From: Octopus sinensis
Lineage: Eukaryota
NCBI RefSeq assembly: GCF_006345805.1
Contig: NW_021825675.1
Location: 1 to 14,887, forward strand
Reading direction: 5' to 3'
DNA: 14,887 nt
Position 1 is the first letter of the stretch, and each line of letters begins with the position of its first letter. The position numbers and the translations under genes are program-made. Shown here piece by piece: positions 9,238 through 14,887 of this stretch. Under the pieces are notes generated by a model. The model worked only from the letters and a program-made list of their open reading frames with translations, was not told the origin of the DNA and ran no database searches.

Positions 9238-11585
9238 TATTTCATTAATATTTGCCATAAATGCATTACAAAGAGTAGCTTGCGGGCTGGACATGTACAT
9301 TGATGAGGTGAATGATGAAACAAGGACGATATTGATGAGAGAAGGCAGAAAACGTCCACCGATTTTCTGCTTCTCTAAAACATTGTTCTTTTTTTTCCAT
9401 CAAAAACGACAATTATTGGACTTAAAAGTCCATTACAAATATATATAATAAATTATTCAATACACAGACAATCTATATGATCAATCCGCCTCATCGGAGC
9501 CGCCAAGCAAATGACACGCCGCCTGCAAGAAAGCCTGCATCGGCAGTTCGGGGCCCGGAAAGAGGAAAGCAAAATCTTCCTTATTACAGGTCACCATGAC
9601 CTCGAACAGCTCCTTCTGATTCACGACATCCGCAGCCACCTGCGGAGGCCAGTCTGGACAGTCTATACAAACCGAGTCCAATCGTTCTCGGGCTGGAAGA
9701 CCGTCCAAGCACTTCTCGACAGGCCCTTCCCTGAGATAGAAAACGATGGGTTTCACGTCCTCCTCACGGGGAGGGGCCTCAGCCCGCTCTTTCAGTGGCA
9801 CAATTCCCACTGACAGAGCTTCTCGCTCCGGTGCCACACCTCCCACCGGAGGAGCATCGGGTTCAGTCGGCGGCACAGCGATATCCGCCGATCATCTCCC
9901 GTTTCTCTTCCTTCTCTTTTTATTTCGTACGGGTGCAGGAGACGGAGCCTCCGCCGGCACACCCCTGGGATGGAGTCCTCCTCCTCTCCCTCAACCTGCG
10001 CGTCTGTTGGTGAGCAACCATTGTTGTTCACCTTTCTTTTTCTTCTCGTTGAGGCATCGTTTCTCCCTGCAATGGGTGAGCGGAGGACATCTTCACCTTT
10101 CCCTGCTCCTGGACCTTACCACGGCCCTGGGGCAGTCCTTCTTAATGTTGCCTGACTCCAGGCACGAGTGACACTTGGGCGGGGGGCGACCCTCAAGTAT
10201 CACTGGATACCTTGAGCCATCCATTTTCAAAAGGTCAAGGAAAGTCATTTCACCCGCGGGCACTGAGGTCCATAGGGTCAAAGTTGCCTTTGCACCCTCC
10301 CAGTCGACCACAGGCCTTATCTCTATATTTAAAAGCTTGGGCCCGCTATCCCCCAGGCCCCGCCGGATGGCATCTGCAATCCACCCCGCTTCGGTGCCCG
10401 GCGGAAGACAACATACCCAGGCCCTTATCACCTTCTTCCCACGATGTGTGGGAAGAAACAAAATCTCGTTCCCTTCCAGGGGCTGGCCTGCCAGAGTGCA
10501 AACCTCCTCAGGAGTGTCGAAAAGCAGCCACACCGTGGCGTATTTGACACCCCTGGTTACATAATAATTTTTGGCTGGCAAACATTTTGCCAGCTCTTTA
10601 TTAATACTACACTTGTCGAAGAGGGCGATGGCATCACGCGACCTAGAATAGGTCCGTTGTACAATTGTCCTTCTCTCAAGGCTTTCAATCCATTGCTTAG
10701 GTGGGACCAGCTCCCATTCCAAGGCACTTTTTGCATTTGGCATGTTAAAAATCAATTGAAAAGAAGAAGGAAAGTCCGAATAAATTAACAAGTCCAAAAA
10801 GAAATAAACAAGTTAGTTCAAAAAATGAATAAAAACTAAAATCCAAAAGAAACGCAAAAACAACTCCAAAAAGAAAGAAAAAAAACAGAAGGATAGAGAA
10901 AAGAAAAACAGTTCACACAGCAAACATCAATGGCCAACAGGTACTCCTGGCCAACTTCAATAAGTTTCAATGACAAAATCCATTAAGTTCGGGCGAGGAT
11001 ACGTCCCCTTTTTTTTTTTCCAATACAAAAACCAATAAACAGCAGCCCCCGACAGTAGACAGAATTGCCACGGAGCTGGGTGAAAATTTATCAACACACA
11101 AACAATTACTATTTGACAAATTACACACAGCTCAAACGAAAACAAAATCACCTACCTCTACGGTCTTATGCTGATGTGTTTTCTTTCAGTTGAATATTGG
11201 ACAGAGCTAACTCACTCACGTCCACCTTGCAAAAATAGTCTTTCCTGTCTTGGTACTCCTTGGTAATCCAGTGGAAATTCACAGACACGAAGACAATTTT
11301 CGTAAACAAATTAATTTTTGCGGAGGGGCTACGCCTCTTCAAAAACACAATTCTCACTGCAAAGTGAGTCGTTATGGACGACCACAGACAGGCAAATGTC
11401 TGGAGCAGAGTGGAGAGGGTTGCTCGCCAAAAAAACTATTCAATACAGGGCAACAAACTCCACTAAGCCCTCAAAGCAATACAACAAACGCCTACCTGTA
11501 GTCGTGCTTCCAAAATGTTCAATTTTCACGTCGCAAGACGTGACTTTCAAGCTGCATGAAGAATGCGAACTCTTCAGTCAGTGAG
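9238..11585 (-). mobile_element. Putative ORF1-only non-autonomous non-LTR retroelement (~840-nt 5' leader, gag ORF, ~243-nt 3' UTR)
   Basis: Bounded on both sides by complementary pieces of one SINE head, with an imperfect duplication (9223-9236 gtaagcaagttact; 11586-11599 gttagcaagctact). AATAAA on the minus strand at 9236-9241 sits at the 3' junction. No EN/RT coding sequence follows the gag stop. Boundaries are inferred. Confidence 0.55.
9481..10743 (-). pseudogene. L1/Tx1-like non-LTR retrotransposon ORF1 (gag-like) protein, 420 codons, disrupted by three in-frame TGA stops
   Basis: Track ORFs 10093..10797 and 9481..9876 are in the same frame (10797-9876 = 921 = 307 codons). The first ATG is at 10743 (MPNAKS...); the track start at 10797 is TTG. 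An RRM-like segment (VIRAWVCCLPPGTEAGWIADAIRRGLG) is followed by ILEGRPPPKCHSCLESGNIKKDCP, a CX2CX4(H>N)X4C zinc knuckle in the usual ORF1 context. Manual translation shows stops only at 10093-10095, 9991-9993 and 9892-9894 before the terminal TGA at 9481-9483. The region is a clear GC-rich island in an AT-rich background. Confidence 0.8.
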
Positions 11586-11617
11586 GTTAGCAAGCTACTA
11601 CCTCGCAGCCACTCCTA
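11586..11617 (-). mobile_element. 5'-most head fragment of SINE family A (A-box part)
   Basis: gttagcaagctactacctcgcagccactcc matches gttagcaaggtacttaccacacagccactcc at the end of the 6871-7273 copy. It is exactly the part missing from the 8798-9237 copy. Confidence 0.65.
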
Positions 11618-11630
11618 CATTAATCATGAA

Positions 11631-11767
11631 TTTAAAAAAAGTAACAGTCACTGGAAACAAAATACCCGGTGAATAACTGTTTTTTTTTAAATAATCGTAA
11701 ATTTCACATCCCGTTTATTTTTCGCGACTTTATTTTAAGACAGGCTTACAAAGCACATAATCAGGCA
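11631..11767 (+). repeat. Direct repeat copy 1 (~137 bp)
   Basis: Aligns by eye at roughly 85% identity with 12007-12146 (aagtaacagtc...ggaaacaaaata.ccggtgaataact...aagcacataatca.gca). Confidence 0.85.
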
Positions 11768-11962
11768 CAAACTTGCGGCAAATGTTCCAGATATTTAAAA
11801 TACATACTTAAGAATGCCAATACCCCGTGCGTGAGCTGAAATATTATTGTCATTAGTAACTAATACTTCGAAATAATTTAGCTGTTACTGGCATAACACA
11901 TAAACACAAGTGTGTATATATAAATATTTTTATATTTTACCTAGTTTCAGCTCACGAACTGT

Positions 11963-11966
<4 letters not shown>

Positions 11967-11999
<33 letters not shown>
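11967..11999. repeat. (TA)n microsatellite
   Basis: Direct inspection. Confidence 0.9.
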
Positions 12000-12002
<3 letters not shown>

Positions 12003-12006
12003 TCCT

Positions 12007-12146
12007 TTTAAAGAAGTAACAGTCGCCGGAAACAAAATAGCCGGTGAATAACTATTTTTTTTTTTAATAATCGTAACAAATTTCACTCCCCGTTTATTAT
12101 TTGTGACTTTATCTTAAGACAGGTTTATAAAGCACATAATCAAGCA
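12007..12146 (+). repeat. Direct repeat copy 2 (~140 bp)
   Basis: Aligns with 11631-11767. Confidence 0.85.
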
Positions 12147-12179
12147 ATACCTTATTTTAAAAGTTGCTAGATATTATTA

Positions 12180-12422
12180 TCTACTCTAGGCACAAGACCC
12201 AATTTTGTTTTTCTTTTGCTGGGAGGGGTACTTAATTTATCGACCCCGAAATGATAAAAGGCAGAGTCGACATCGGCATGATTTGAACTCAGAGCGTAAA
12301 GACAGACGAAATACCTATTTCTTTACTACCCACAAGGGGCTAAGCACAGAAAGGACAAACAAGGATAGTCAAACGGATTAAGTCGATTACATCGACCCCA
12401 GTCCGTAACTGGTACTTAATTT
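12180..12422 (-). mobile_element. SINE family B multimer fragment spanning a unit junction
   Basis: The reverse complement contains unit end ...gtgggtagtaaagaaata joined to ggtatttcgtctgtc...gagttcaaat...gtcgactctgcc...ggggtcgataaattaagtac. A weakly similar, older head-like sequence may continue to ~12545. Confidence 0.8.
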
Positions 12423-12955
12423 ACACTTCAATCGATCGCAAAGAGATAAAAGACTAAGTTGAGATAATCCGAACTGAGAGCGCAGATGTTATAACAAATA
12501 CCCAATAGCATTCTGACCCCGATGCATTAGTGACTCTGTCAGTTCAACGTTTTAATAAAATTAATAATTAAATAGATCCCTGATGAGGGATAAATATATA
12601 AATTTACTACGAGGAACTCGGATGTGTGTTGCCCAATAAACTAAAATGGATTTATCGATGTTCTTTCTTTTTTCGTAAGGTGTGTTGAATTGACTTCGAT
12701 TAACTAGTGACTTCTTTGCTTGTTGTCCATCAGGACAGTCACAGATATCTAAATATTCACAAATAACTTCAAAATAACTGTCACTGATATTTCGAAAGAC
12801 ACCAGACATTACTAACAAAAGACAAAGAAAATAGTTTGAACTTATGTAGGGTAATGCTCAGAAAACCCGAATAGTTTATCATAATAGCCATGGGTTTACT
12901 CTGTTGACTCAAAAATACAAGAAATAGAGGTCGTGAGATTAGCAAGAGCTTCAAA

Positions 12956-13147
12956 AGAAACTTCAAAAGAAGCCTGTCGTATATATGTATATATATATAT
13001 ATATACGTGTGTGTATGTGTTTGTGTGTCTGTGTTTCTCTTCCCTAGCATTGCTTGACAACCGATGCTGATGTGTTTACGTCCCCGTCACCTAGCGATTC
13101 GGGAAAAGAGACCGATAGAATAAGTACTGGGCTTACAAAGAATAAGT
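12956..13147 (+). mobile_element. Internal fragment of SINE family A
   Basis: aaagaagcctgtcgtatatatg...gacaaccgatgctgatgtgtttacgtcccc...gagaccgatagaataagtactgggcttacaaagaataagt is nearly identical to 7858-8039. Confidence 0.85.
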
Positions 13148-13638
13148 TGGGTTGGAATTTAGTTTGTTAGATGGGTTAGTGCAATGTCTAACGTTAATGT
13201 AAATTTCGTGGAGTTTGAATTATAGGCTGATATGCTCCCTGTTAAAAATCGCATATTATTAGTGTTACAAAATGGCATACGCTATACGGAAGACAGCTTC
13301 TCACGTCACTTTATCTACTTGGTTTTACACTACCAAACAATTACAATCCTATGATATATTTCTCTGCAGAACCATTCTGTGTCATAATTTCCCTTGCAAT
13401 GTAAAAACATAATTATGCACTTTGTACAATTCAATTATGTAACTTACTGTTTACAAATTCATATAAATGCTTCGTGTCATTTTCCTTTTATGAGAGATTA
13501 CAGATCCGAGAGTTGTGTCGGTAGAATATCTAATATCGTTAGGCAGGGCTTCGGTTTGTGACAGGTTTTCAATCACATCTTTCAGTCAATAAATGGGAAA
13601 TTCAAGGAAAGAGCCTCACAACGGTATATAATGATAGT

Positions 13639-14422
13639 TAAAGGCGGCGAACTGGCAGAAACGTTAGCACGCCGGGCGAAATGCGTAGCGGTATTTCGTC
13701 TGCCGTTACGTTGTGAGTTCAAATTCCGCCGAGGTCGACTTTGCCTTTCATCTTCTCGGGGTCGATAAATTAAGTACCAGTTACGCACTGGGGTCGATGT
13801 AATCGACTTAATACCTATGTCTGTCCATGTTTGTCCTCTCTATGTTTAGCCCATTGTGGGTAATAAAGAAATAGGTATTTCGTCTGCGTTACGTTGTGAG
13901 GTCAAATTCCGCCGAGGTCGACTATGCCTTTCATCCTTTCGGGGTCGATAAATTAAGTAACAGTTACGCACTGGGGTCGATGTAATCGACTTAATACCTA
14001 TGTCTGTCCTTGTTTGTCCCTTCTTTGTTTAGCCCCTCGTGGGTAATAAAGAAATAGGTATTTCCTCTGCGTTACGTGGTGAGTTCAAATTCCGCCGAGG
14101 TCGACTTTGCCTTTCATCCTTTCGGGGTCGATAATTTAAGTACCAGTTACGCACTGGGGTCGATGTAATCGACTTGATACCTATGTCTGTCCTTGTTTGT
14201 CCTCTCTATGTTTAGCCCCTTGTGGGTAATAAAAAAATAGGTATTTCCTCTGCGTTACGTGGTGAGTTCAAATTCCGCCGAGGTCGACTTTGCCTTTCAT
14301 CCTTTCGGGGTCGATAAACTAAGTACCAGTTACGCACTGGGGTCGATGTAATCGACTTAATACCTATGCCTGTCCTTGTTTGTCCCCTCTGTGTTTAGCC
14401 CCTTGTGGGTAATAAAGAAATA
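13639..14422 (+). mobile_element. tRNA-derived SINE family B: one head followed by four tandem 183-184-bp body units, flanked by a 16-bp TSD
   Basis: Head ggcggcgaactggcagaaacgttag (A box ~13653) and B box gttcaaattcc (13717-13727). Units begin at ggtat at 13690, 13874, 14057 and 14240. A perfect direct repeat ggtatataatgatagt lies at 13623-13638 and 14423-14438. Confidence 0.92.
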
Positions 14423-14691
14423 GGTATATAATGATAGTGTGAAAAATATAAAGCAAATGGTTGACTAAGCATGTATGACGACCGTACACGCGATATTATT
14501 GCATAGAAGCTATGTAATTTACACAACGCTTGTATCTCCTCCTTTTATCATCATAGATAGGCACTTCTACCTTACCGTATAGGAGGTATGTTAAATAACA
14601 TGAATTTAAAGAATCAGAACATTATACTTATTGTTTTTAGTTACGTTTTAAGTTATCTGTCTGACTCTAAATATGATTTAAAAATTTAGCA

Positions 14692-14887
14692 GAAGGCTAG
14701 CATATTTCGGCGGAGGGAATAAGTCGATTGCATCGACCCTTTTGCTCCGCTAACATTTATTTTATGAACCGCAAAAGGATGAAAGGCAAAGACTATCTCG
14801 GCAGAATTTGAACTCAAATCCTAAGGACGGACGAAGGGCCTCTAAGCATTTTGCTGGTGTGCTAACAGTCCTGCTAGGTCACCGCCT
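14692..14887 (-). mobile_element. Diverged monomeric SINE family B copy
   Basis: The reverse complement starts ggcggtgacctagcagg...gttagcac..., then B box gagttcaaattctgcc and ctttgcctttcatcc, then gggtcgatgcaatcgactt. Confidence 0.75.

Noticed and set aside
9511-10788. Plus-strand ORFs 9511..9813, 9746..10171, 10175..10564, 10212..10547 and 10444..10788
   Set aside because: Antisense shadows of the GC-rich gag frame, with no recognisable motifs.
11166-11357. 63-aa minus-strand ORF in the gag leader (possible uORF or ORF2 tail of an upstream copy)
   Set aside because: It starts at GTG and I recognise no domain.
13643-13730. Genuine tRNA gene
   Set aside because: The tRNA-like A/B boxes belong to a SINE head; there is no closing acceptor stem, and the sequence continues into SINE body.
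13690-14422. CRISPR-like or satellite interpretation of the regular array
   Set aside because: The units are whole 183-bp SINE bodies with no unique spacers, no cas genes and a eukaryotic context.

Overview
AT-rich, repeat-dense, non-coding eukaryotic DNA. The SINE families and long (TA)n/(TG)n tracts look like an octopus (coleoid cephalopod) genome; this is from recognition, not a database search. I find no intact host gene, and most ORFs in the supplied track are microsatellite or antisense artefacts. Contents: at least six copies or fragments of a tRNA-headed CORE-type SINE; several copies of a second tRNA-SINE, including a head-plus-four-unit multimer inside a perfect 16-bp TSD; a 5'-truncated RTE LINE 3' end; a ~420-bp MITE with 29-bp TIRs; and a ~138-bp direct repeat pair. 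The most unusual item is a ~2.35-kb minus-strand segment (about 9238-11585) with one 420-codon L1/Tx1-like ORF1 (gag) frame and no ORF2. That frame has an RRM-like region, a degenerate CCHC knuckle, a basic linker with three in-frame TGA stops and an unrecognised C-terminal domain. The segment has 3'-UTR hairpins and a terminal AATAAA, and appears to have inserted into the tRNA head of a SINE with a ~14-bp imperfect duplication. It is a candidate ORF1-only (HAL1/HeT-A-like) non-autonomous retroelement.
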